From assembly GCA_044336925.1 (NCBI GenBank), contig JBIIOM010000003.1:1-40358 (forward strand): a DNA stretch of 40,358 nucleotides. Reading direction: 5' to 3'. This DNA comes from Pirellulales bacterium. GTDB lineage: Bacteria; Planctomycetota; Planctomycetia; Pirellulales; UBA1268. Of the stretch, positions 25,906-33,349 are shown in pieces. The translations under genes were made by a program, and so were the position numbers. Within the stretch, counting starts at the first letter, position 1, and each line of letters begins with the position of its first letter. Under the pieces are notes generated by a model. It ran no database searches, was not told where the DNA came from, and saw only the letters and a list, made by a program, of their open reading frames with translations.

Positions 25906-26249
25906 TGAACGACATCGAAAAGTCGCCGGCAAACCGGACGTTCCGCGAATTCATCGAATTTGAGGCGGCGCAGCACGACCCGCTCGACCGCGAGTTTGCG
26001 GTCAAGCGTATGTGCGGACCGCGGGCAGTGAAGGGGCGTCCAGCGACGCTTCCGCAACTGACTGACGAGCAGATCGTTGAGGCGGCCAGTTGCCTCTACC
26101 ACCACCTGCTCTCCCTGCAGGAGTGCATGGCGACCGACGAGAAATGCACCTGGCGGCTGACGACCGTCAACGCATGGCTTGGGGCACGCTCGGCGATCAA
26201 GCGGGCGGCGACGTTCACGCGAAAGGAGGAGCCGGATGCTGTGGCATGA
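25902..26249 (+). CDS. Hypothetical protein
   Basis: ATGA overlap, 115 aa. Confidence 0.6.
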   Translation: MMNDIEKSPANRTFREFIEFEAAQHDPLDREFAVKRMCGPRAVKGRPATLPQLTDEQIVEAASCLYHHLLSLQECMATDEKCTWRLTTVNAWLGARSAIKRAATFTRKEEPDAVA

Positions 26250-26442
26250 CCGATCGCGGTGGCAGGCCCGCCGCGATGAGCAAGCAAAGAAGGTCGAGAC
26301 GATGACAGCGTTGATTGAGTCGTTCAAGCGTGGCGAGCTCTCGTACACGCGGCTGGCCGACAAGATCGACGAGGTAGTGAACGGTGAAACCGACAGCATC
26401 GTGCGAGTCGGCGAAGCACACAAGTTGGAGATCAAATCGTGA
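26236..26442 (+). CDS. Hypothetical protein
   Basis: AGGAGGAG RBS, 68 aa. Confidence 0.6.
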   Translation: MLWHDRSRWQARRDEQAKKVETMTALIESFKRGELSYTRLADKIDEVVNGETDSIVRVGEAHKLEIKS

Positions 26443-26945
26443 GCATGGATTGGACGACGTTTTTCACGGATGACGAACCGAAGCAAGGCCCGGCCGCGGT
26501 CGAGGCCGATATGCCGATCCTGCCGGAAGGCACGCACACCGGCGAGATCAAGGTCGCGCTCATCCAGCAAAAGGAATGGGCCAAGAGTGACGTGAACCCA
26601 AACGGCGAGTGTCTCACGGTCAAGGTGGCCGTGACGAACTACCGGCCGATCTGGGAGTCGATCCCCTGCCACTACACCGGCAAGGTCGCCGCGCTCTGCC
26701 GGGCCGCGAGGATCGAGCCGCCGACGAAGACGAACCCCAAGTTCGACGAGGCATCGCTCGCCGGCCAGTTCGTCACGTTCAAGAGCCTGCTCGCGATCTC
26801 GAAGAAGGGCAACGAGTTCGTGAAGGTCGAGCAGTGGCAGCCGAGCACGGCGCCGCTGCCGGCCGCGATCAAGAACGCAGCGCCGCGGAAGACGGCCGCC
26901 GCCAAGCTCTCCGCCGCCACGCCGGAGGACGACATTCCGTTTTGA
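26439..26945 (+). CDS. Putative single-stranded DNA-binding protein (DUF669-like)
   Basis: LPEGTH...I OB-fold start; acidic C-terminal tail EDDIPF; follows Sak4-like ATPase. Confidence 0.75.
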   Translation: MSMDWTTFFTDDEPKQGPAAVEADMPILPEGTHTGEIKVALIQQKEWAKSDVNPNGECLTVKVAVTNYRPIWESIPCHYTGKVAALCRAARIEPPTKTNPKFDEASLAGQFVTFKSLLAISKKGNEFVKVEQWQPSTAPLPAAIKNAAPRKTAAAKLSAATPEDDIPF

Positions 26946-26953
26946 TCCATCCA

Positions 26954-27088
26954 CCCCGCCGTGGGTTCGCTGCGTTCATCAGCGAAATCGGCCGCTGCGC
27001 CCTTTTGAGGCGTTACATCGAAGGGCTGCCATCCAGCGGTTTTTACCTTCCGCCGCGGGGCTGGCCGGGTGCCGCACGAGACGCGGCC
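26954..27088 (+). ncRNA. Candidate structured RNA element
   Basis: Nested stems 26954/27060, 26966/26986, 26992/27039, 26999/27026, then hairpin 27071/27087; no plausible CDS. Confidence 0.4.
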
Positions 27089-27107
27089 AATACACGGGAG
27101 AAGACCA

Positions 27108-27431
27108 ATGCCGACGTTCGTGGAAGCCAATTGCGATCTGCCGCTGTTCGCGGCGTGTCGCCGCAGCGATCCGCCGACGAGCCGCGCGGCCGCGAGCATG
27201 GCCGGCGGGCTGCGGGCGGACCATCAACGGAAAATCCTTGACAGTCTTGGTCAAGGTGCGGCGGGTGCAAGCGAGATCGCGGCCCGGTGCGGCCTGGACG
27301 CTCACCAAGTCGGCAAGCGTCTCGGCGAAATGGGCCGGGCGGGGTTGATCCAGACGACCGGCCGCACGGTGCGGTCGGCGACCGGGCGGCCGGAAAGGGA
27401 ATGGACGAAGGGAGTCGTCGATGGCCGGTGA
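27108..27431 (+). CDS. Winged-helix DNA-binding protein
   Basis: RRSDP.TS..AA motif; EIA.RCGL...QV.KRL.E....GLI..TG. Confidence 0.75.
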   Translation: MPTFVEANCDLPLFAACRRSDPPTSRAAASMAGGLRADHQRKILDSLGQGAAGASEIAARCGLDAHQVGKRLGEMGRAGLIQTTGRTVRSATGRPEREWTKGVVDGR

Positions 27432-28272
27432 ATGGATCGCAATGGACGTTGGCCTACCGGACAAACCCGAGGTGCAGGAGCTCCTCGACATAACCGGCGA
27501 GTCGGTCGAGGCCGTCGTGTTCCGGCTTTACCGTCTTTGGGGCTGGGCCGCCCTGCACTGCTCCGACGGTACGGCACGAATGACCATCCCGAGGCTCGTG
27601 CGGACGTGCGGGGCCGACGAGGCCTTCTGGCGTGCCGTCGCGGCCGTTGGCTGGCTGGAAATCGACGAGGACGGCGGCACGGTTGCCGTGCCCGGCTGGG
27701 ACCGCCGTTTCAGCCAGGCCGCGAAGGCCAGAATCCAGCACCAAGACCGGGCAAAGGCCCAAAATGAGCGCGATCCAGACCGCCGGAAGCGTCCCGAGGC
27801 TGCCTGCGCTCAAGCGCAGGAGTCGCCTGCGCCGACGCGCAGTAGAGGAGATAGAGGAGATAGAGGAGAAGTTCCTCCTCCTCCGCGTGCGAGCTTCGCA
27901 GACTTGCGGAAAGCCTGGAACGACGGTCCCGGCCAGAAGTGGAAGCCCAACAAGCCGCCAGACGGTGCCGAAGACCGCCTCAACGACCCGGAATGGTGGC
28001 CTATGGCCGTGGAAGCGATCCAGCGGCTCCGCACGGCCAAGTATTTCGATACCCCGCCGACGCTGATGCAGTTCGTGGCCGAAGGGTTCGTGGAGCGGAC
28101 GCTGGGCGGCCAGTACGACGCCGGCAAGACCTCGCCGCGGCCCCCCGGCGGCCGCGGCCGGCCGGACGATAGGCCGGAGGCCAAGCCGTTCGTGGGCAAG
28201 GACGCTGACGATTTCGAATACACCCGCCGCCGCGAGCTCGAGCGGCTGGCCCAAGCGAAGGCGGTGAGCTGA
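27421..28272 (+). CDS. Phage replication initiation protein (replisome organizer/DnaT-like)
   Basis: MAGEWI.M...L..KPEV...VV.RL..LW.W...VGWL; internal repeats typical of an origin; C-terminal GQYD. Confidence 0.75.
   Translation: MAGEWIAMDVGLPDKPEVQELLDITGESVEAVVFRLYRLWGWAALHCSDGTARMTIPRLVRTCGADEAFWRAVAAVGWLEIDEDGGTVAVPGWDRRFSQAAKARIQHQDRAKAQNERDPDRRKRPEAACAQAQESPAPTRSRGDRGDRGEVPPPPRASFADLRKAWNDGPGQKWKPNKPPDGAEDRLNDPEWWPMAVEAIQRLRTAKYFDTPPTLMQFVAEGFVERTLGGQYDAGKTSPRPPGGRGRPDDRPEAKPFVGKDADDFEYTRRRELERLAQAKAVS
27802..27884. repeat. Putative replication origin inside initiator gene
   Basis: CCTGCGC/GCGCAGG/CCTGCGC repeats, then (TAGAGGAGA)x3 at 27843-27869 and a TCCTCCTCCTCC tract. Confidence 0.6.
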
Positions 28273-28523
28273 TGGGCGGCCTGCGAATCGAGAAGATGCC
28301 GAAGGACTCCGACGGCCGCGTGGCACCGACGGCGAGGCAGCGCGAAATACTCGACGCCGGCATCCGCTTGGCGTCCGCGGGCTATCCGCCCACGCTCCGC
28401 GAGTTGGCCCAGGCCGTCGGGATTCGTTCGCTCAATGGACTGCGAGTGCAGTTGGATGCTCTGCGGCGCAAGGGCTGGGTCGATTGGCGAGAGGGATGCG
28501 CTCGTACACTAAGATTCATGTAG
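28272..28523 (+). CDS. LexA-like DNA-binding domain protein (no peptidase domain)
   Basis: T.RQ.EILD......GYPPTLRELA..VGI.S.NG...QL.AL.RKG......ARTL. Confidence 0.85.
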   Translation: MGGLRIEKMPKDSDGRVAPTARQREILDAGIRLASAGYPPTLRELAQAVGIRSLNGLRVQLDALRRKGWVDWREGCARTLRFM

Positions 28524-28531
28524 AGGAAATC

Positions 28532-28900
28532 ATGGGACGTAGTTCGAGAGAAAAGGGAAAACGCGGCGAGCGTGAGTGCCGCGACGAGCTCCGCGAGGTG
28601 CTGGGCCTGCCCGACGGGGCGGCCCGGCGTGGCTGCCAGTTCCAAGGCGGGCCGGACTCGCCCGACGTGGTGCTCGACGGGGTGCCGATTCACGTCGAGG
28701 CCAAGCGGACTGAGCGGCTCTCCCTCTGGCCGGCGGTCGACCAAGCAGGCCGCGATGCAAAGGCCGGCTGCGTCCCGATCGTGTGGCATAAGTGCAATCG
28801 GCGTCGTTCGGTCGTGATCGTCGAGACGGCGAGGCTTTACGACCTCGCGGTGGCCGTCGTTGAGGCCGCAAAAAACGGTACTCCTGCGGAGCCGACCTAG
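28532..28900 (+). CDS. Holliday junction resolvase-like PD-(D/E)xK nuclease
   Basis: SREKGKRGERE...PDV......VEAKR. Confidence 0.8.
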   Translation: MGRSSREKGKRGERECRDELREVLGLPDGAARRGCQFQGGPDSPDVVLDGVPIHVEAKRTERLSLWPAVDQAGRDAKAGCVPIVWHKCNRRRSVVIVETARLYDLAVAVVEAAKNGTPAEPT

Positions 28901-31008
28901 TGCCCGTCAAGAGCAAGGAGGCAATCGAAAACCGCCGCAAGGCGACGCTCGAGCGTGGCCGGGCGACGACGCGGCTGGGGGCCGACATCGGCGAGATCGC
29001 CAAGCCGGTCAACTTAGAGCGACGCGAAGCCTGCCGGCTCGACCTCGCCCGCTTTCTCGTCGAATACTTCCCGCAGTCGACCGGCCTTTCGCCATTCTCC
29101 GAAGACCACAAGCGAGTCATCGGCCGCATCCAAGACTGCATCCTCCGCGGCGGGCGATTCATCAACGCGGTCTACCGCGGCTTCGCCAAGAGCACGATCT
29201 CCGAAAACTCTCTGCTCTGGGCCATGCTTTACGGCCACCGGCGATTCGGGGCGATCTTCGCGGCCGAGGCCGACCTCGCCACCAAGGCCATCACGAGCAT
29301 CAAGCTCGAGCTCGCCGAGAACGACCTCCTGTTCGAAGACTTCCCCGAAGTGTGCATCCCCGTGCGGGCCTTGGAGGGCAAGCCGCAGCGGTGCAACAGC
29401 CAGACGTTCAACGGGAAGCACACGCATATCCGCTGGCAGGCCGATAGCGTTGTCCTGCCGTCGATCCCGGGCGGCGTGGCCAGCGGCTCGATCATCATGA
29501 GCCGCGGCCTCACCGGCTCGATCCTTGGCCTGCGTCACAAGGCGCCGGACGGCACCCAACTCCGGCCGGACTTCGTGATCGTCGACGACCCGCAGACGCG
29601 AGAGTCGGCGGCGAGCCCGATGCAGTGCCAGAAGCGTCTCGAAATACTCTCCAAGAGCGTGATGAAACTGGCCGGCCACACCAAGAGCATCGCCTGCGTG
29701 GTCAACGCGACCGTGATCGCGACCGACGACATGGTTGACCAACTCCTCGACCAGCGGAAATACCCGGCGTGGCAGGGCGAGCGGATTCCGATGGTGCGGA
29801 AGTGGGCGGACCGGCACGAGGAGCTCTGGCTCGGAAAGTATCGCGAGATCCGCAACACGTTCGACAAGGATCGCGTCGGCGACCAGGCGAGAGCCCACCG
29901 CGAGGCGAATGAGTTTTACGCGACCAATCGCGAGGCGATGGATGCCGGCTGCCAAGTCTCGTGGGCCGCCTGTTTCGATCCCGACAACGAGCGCTCGGCG
30001 ATCCATCACGCGTACAACGCTCTGATTGACGACGGCGAAGCGGTCTTCGCGAGCGAGTTCCAGCAGGTGCCGCTCGCCAACGAGGCCCAGGCGTCGGGGC
30101 TCACGCAGGACGACGTTCGCGGGCGGGCGATCGCGGTGCCGCGGTGGATCGTCCCGGCGGGCCTTGAGACTTTGACCGCGTTCGTCGACGTGCAGGAGAA
30201 ACTTTTGTATTGGGCCGTGGTCGCTTGGGGGCAGCAACTCCGCGGGCACTTGGTCGCCTACGGCGTCTACCCAGAGCAAAACCGCACCTACTACACGCTC
30301 CGCGACGCCCGCAAGACGCTGGTTAAGGCCGCGGGCGGCGTGAGTCTCGAGGCGGCGATCCACGCCGGGCTCGAGAAGGTGGCCAGCGAAATACTCGACC
30401 GCGAGTTTTCGCGGGAGTCTGACGATGCCGTGCTCCGCGTCTCTCAGGTTTTTGTTGACGCGAATTGGGCGCAGACGGCCGGCGTGGTCCGCGACTTTGC
30501 CCGGCGGTCGCAGTGGGGGCCGCGGATCATCCCCACCCACGGCCGATTCGTCGGGGCCAGCGGCTCGACGCTCTCCGACAAGAAGGCGGACAAGGGCGAG
30601 CGGGTGGGAGCCAACTGGCGGACGAGCACGATCAACCGCCAGCGGCACGTCTTGTACGACACGAATTCGTGGAAAACCTTTTTCGCGGCCCGCTGCAAGC
30701 TGCCCATCGGCGATCTGCAGGCCTTCACGGTCCACGAGGGCCGGCACGAAATGCTGTGCGAGCAGTTGGCGGCGGAGTATCCGACACGGGTCGAAGCCAA
30801 GGGCCGCGTCGTGGACGAGTGGCGATTGATCCCCGGCCGCGACAACCATTGGCTCGACTGCTGCGTGGGCTCGGCCGTGGCGGCGTCTTTCACGGGGATC
30901 TCGGCCGTGGGCGTTGACGCCCGGCCGGGGGTGGTGGCCAGCCGGACGGTGTCCCGCGAGGAGGCCGCGAAACGTCGGGCGGAAATCATGGCCAAAATGC
31001 GGCGCTAA
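28900..31008 (+). CDS. terL: Terminase large subunit (lambda gpA-type)
   Basis: YRGFAKST Walker A, RPDFVIVDDPQ Walker B, SEFQQ.P, FVDVQ nuclease Asp, DNHWLDC. Confidence 0.92.
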   Translation: MPVKSKEAIENRRKATLERGRATTRLGADIGEIAKPVNLERREACRLDLARFLVEYFPQSTGLSPFSEDHKRVIGRIQDCILRGGRFINAVYRGFAKSTISENSLLWAMLYGHRRFGAIFAAEADLATKAITSIKLELAENDLLFEDFPEVCIPVRALEGKPQRCNSQTFNGKHTHIRWQADSVVLPSIPGGVASGSIIMSRGLTGSILGLRHKAPDGTQLRPDFVIVDDPQTRESAASPMQCQKRLEILSKSVMKLAGHTKSIACVVNATVIATDDMVDQLLDQRKYPAWQGERIPMVRKWADRHEELWLGKYREIRNTFDKDRVGDQARAHREANEFYATNREAMDAGCQVSWAACFDPDNERSAIHHAYNALIDDGEAVFASEFQQVPLANEAQASGLTQDDVRGRAIAVPRWIVPAGLETLTAFVDVQEKLLYWAVVAWGQQLRGHLVAYGVYPEQNRTYYTLRDARKTLVKAAGGVSLEAAIHAGLEKVASEILDREFSRESDDAVLRVSQVFVDANWAQTAGVVRDFARRSQWGPRIIPTHGRFVGASGSTLSDKKADKGERVGANWRTSTINRQRHVLYDTNSWKTFFAARCKLPIGDLQAFTVHEGRHEMLCEQLAAEYPTRVEAKGRVVDEWRLIPGRDNHWLDCCVGSAVAASFTGISAVGVDARPGVVASRTVSREEAAKRRAEIMAKMRR

Positions 31009-31016
31009 ATCTGGCG

Positions 31017-31044
31017 TTGACGCATATGCAGGGTGTGGCAGTCT
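31017..31044 (+). promoter_or_regulatory. Promoter, duplicate of 10357-10384
   Basis: GTTGACGCataTGCaGGGTGTGGCAGTCT. Confidence 0.6.
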
Positions 31045-31078
31045 GCGGGTGGACAGTTTCCCCCAAAGGAGATCCACC

Positions 31079-31378
31079 ATGCGTTTCTTGATCGCGTTCG
31101 TTGCCCTGCTTGTCGCCTGCCCTGCCCTGGCTGAGACGTTCGTCACGACGACGACCATCACGATTACGACGGCCCAGGCCGAGGCCGAAGGCATGGCCCG
31201 CACCGGGATTCTTCGCCACTGCGGCCGGAACGGCGGCCGTGCGGAGGGCATAGGTTTCTCGACCGTGAGTGCCGACCATGCCATCCGCAACTCCTGCTAC
31301 TGGGGCCAGCGAAAGCCTCGCGAGATCGGCGTGGCCCGCGGCCCGCGGGGATGGTACGCCTGCGTGAGATACTACTAG
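31079..31378 (+). CDS. Secreted minimal CAP/SCP-like protein
   Basis: Signal peptide ...PALA; AQ..A..MA..G.L.H...EGIG...CY...IGVA.G..GWYAC; AAGGAG RBS. Confidence 0.6.
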   Translation: MRFLIAFVALLVACPALAETFVTTTTITITTAQAEAEGMARTGILRHCGRNGGRAEGIGFSTVSADHAIRNSCYWGQRKPREIGVARGPRGWYACVRYY

Positions 31379-31521
31379 TGAGCGGCCCTCTCATCGCACT
31401 CACTGGATTGATCTATGCCTGGATTGCCGCCGACCAGTTTTGGCGCGGCAATCCAGGCATGGGCATCGCCTACTTGGGCTATGCCGTTGCCAACGCGGGA
31501 ATGTATCTGCTCGCTCGTTGA
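31378..31521 (+). CDS. Small two-TM membrane protein (47 aa; not in ORF track)
   Basis: TAGTG overlap; MSGPLIALTGLIYAWIAADQFWRGNPGMGIAYLGYAVANAGMYLLAR*. Confidence 0.65.
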   Translation: MSGPLIALTGLIYAWIAADQFWRGNPGMGIAYLGYAVANAGMYLLAR

Positions 31522-31613
31522 CGACGACCTCGACTTCAACCCGTTCGACGAAGACGACGGAACGATCGGCCTAATCGTTTTTGCGTAGGCTTGGCCAGGA
31601 TGCCGGGTGTACG

Positions 31614-31633
31614 GTGGTACACTTATGGGTAGG
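31614..31633 (+). promoter_or_regulatory. Putative late promoter of the head operon
   Basis: GTGG-TACACT-N7-AGG, same architecture as 1379-1398. Confidence 0.5.
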
Positions 31634-31670
31634 CGCGGAGGGACCGCGTCCACCTGCCGGAGACTGCCTC

Positions 31671-31880
31671 TTGGCCGACAACGACGACGTGATCGACGCG
31701 CTGGCGGCGAATCTCGCCCAGCCCCGTCGCGCCCGCACCGACGCCGGTGAAGTCGAGCAGCACGAGCTCGACCGCCAGGTGGAGGCCGCCAAATTTGTCA
31801 TGCAGTCGCGGGCGGCTTCCGTGTCGCCCTTCAAGAGCCTGCGTATGGCCCGCATTGAGTACCCGGGGGCCACCGGCTAA
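31671..31880 (+). CDS. Head completion/adaptor protein (gpW-position)
   Basis: 69 aa, TTG start with GGAG; P.R...D.G.VEQH.L..Q; directly before lambda-type portal. Confidence 0.65.
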   Translation: MADNDDVIDALAANLAQPRRARTDAGEVEQHELDRQVEAAKFVMQSRAASVSPFKSLRMARIEYPGATG

Positions 31881-33349
31881 TGGGGCTGTTCTCCAAGCTC
31901 GTTGGGCCGTCGAAGCGGACGCTGCAGGCGACGATCGCCGCGCAGCAGGCCGCTATGTCGACGCTGGTGCGTGCCCGCTACGACGCCGCCCAGACGACCG
32001 AGCTCAACCGCCGGCATTGGTCGCAAGCCGACTACTACTCGGCCGACGCGGCTCTCAGCCACGAGGTTCGCCGCAAGCTCCGCTCGCGGGCTCGCTACGA
32101 GATCGCGAACAACAGCTACGCCGCCGGCATGGTAAGCACCTGGGCCAACGACCTCGTGGGCACCGGTCCGAAGATCCAACTCGACCTTGGCCCCGACGTT
32201 GACCCAGAGCTCGTCCGGCAGGTTGAGCTCACCAATTTCGATTGGTCCGTCAACGTCGACCTCGCCAACAAACTCCGCATCTGCAAGCGGGCGAAGTTGG
32301 GCGACGGCGAAATCTTTGGCGTCATGACGACCAACAGCCGGCTTTCCCGCCGCCGCGATGCCGTCACGCTGGACTTCCGGCTCATCGAGGCCGACCAGAT
32401 CGCCGACCCGGCCGCGTCGATCTGGACGAACGAAGCGGACGGCATCCGCTTCGACGAAGACGGCAACGTCAACGACTACTACTTGCTCAAGCATCACCCC
32501 GGCACGGCACTCGCGACGGCGACGCTGGACGGCCGCTGGGTGGCTGCCGAGCACGTCCTGCACTGGTATCACGCCACCCGGCCAGGCCAGCACCGCGGCG
32601 TCGGCGAGATCGTGCCGGCCCTCGAACTGTTCGCCATGTTGCGCCGCTACACGCTCGCGGTCGTGACGGCCGCGGAGACGGCGGCCGACTTCGCCGCGAT
32701 CTTGAAGACGACCATGCCGGCGGACGGCCGCGGGGCCGACAAGCTCGAGCTCTACGAAACCATGCCGATCACGCGTGGCATGGCCATCGCCGCCCCCGAC
32801 GGGTGGGAGCCGGTCCAGATGAAGCCGGAGCAGCCGACGAGCACCTACGACTCGTTCGTGCGTCGCCTAATCTGTGAAATTTCGCGAAGTTTGAATCAGC
32901 CCTATATCGTCGCAAGCATGGACAGTTCGCAGGCGAATTACTCGTCCATGCGGGGCGATTACCTCGTCTACCGCAAGCACATCGGCACCGAGCGGAGCGA
33001 CCTCGAGCGTGTCATTCTCGACCCGCTCTTTGAGCGTTGGCTCGACGAGGCCGCCCTTGTGGACGGTGCGATCCCCGACGGCCTGCCGCCCCGCGACCAG
33101 TGGAATTGGCGTTGGGTGTGGGATGGCTTCGAGCACATCGACCCGCTCAAGGAATCGAGTGCGGACGTGGAGCTCGTCAACAACAACATGGCGAGCCTCG
33201 CCGACGTGTGTGCCAAGCGCGGCCTCGATTGGCGTGTCGTGCTTCGTCAGCGGGCGATCGAGCGCGGCGTCGAGGAGGAGTTTGGCATCCGCCCCGAGGC
33301 GGCAACGCCAGCCCCGCAAAACAACCCCAGCCAGGAGCAAGACCAATGA
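31880..33349 (+). CDS. Portal protein, lambda family
   Basis: LRSRARYE..NNSYA, DGE.F, RPGQ.RGV, NYSS.R, HIDP.KE motifs. Confidence 0.93.
   Translation: MGLFSKLVGPSKRTLQATIAAQQAAMSTLVRARYDAAQTTELNRRHWSQADYYSADAALSHEVRRKLRSRARYEIANNSYAAGMVSTWANDLVGTGPKIQLDLGPDVDPELVRQVELTNFDWSVNVDLANKLRICKRAKLGDGEIFGVMTTNSRLSRRRDAVTLDFRLIEADQIADPAASIWTNEADGIRFDEDGNVNDYYLLKHHPGTALATATLDGRWVAAEHVLHWYHATRPGQHRGVGEIVPALELFAMLRRYTLAVVTAAETAADFAAILKTTMPADGRGADKLELYETMPITRGMAIAAPDGWEPVQMKPEQPTSTYDSFVRRLICEISRSLNQPYIVASMDSSQANYSSMRGDYLVYRKHIGTERSDLERVILDPLFERWLDEAALVDGAIPDGLPPRDQWNWRWVWDGFEHIDPLKESSADVELVNNNMASLADVCAKRGLDWRVVLRQRAIERGVEEEFGIRPEAATPAPQNNPSQEQDQ

Noticed and set aside
28870-28900. GGTACTCC just upstream of terL as alternative cos site
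   Set aside because: Lies inside the resolvase CDS with no non-coding room; weaker than the 20873 candidate, though not formally excluded
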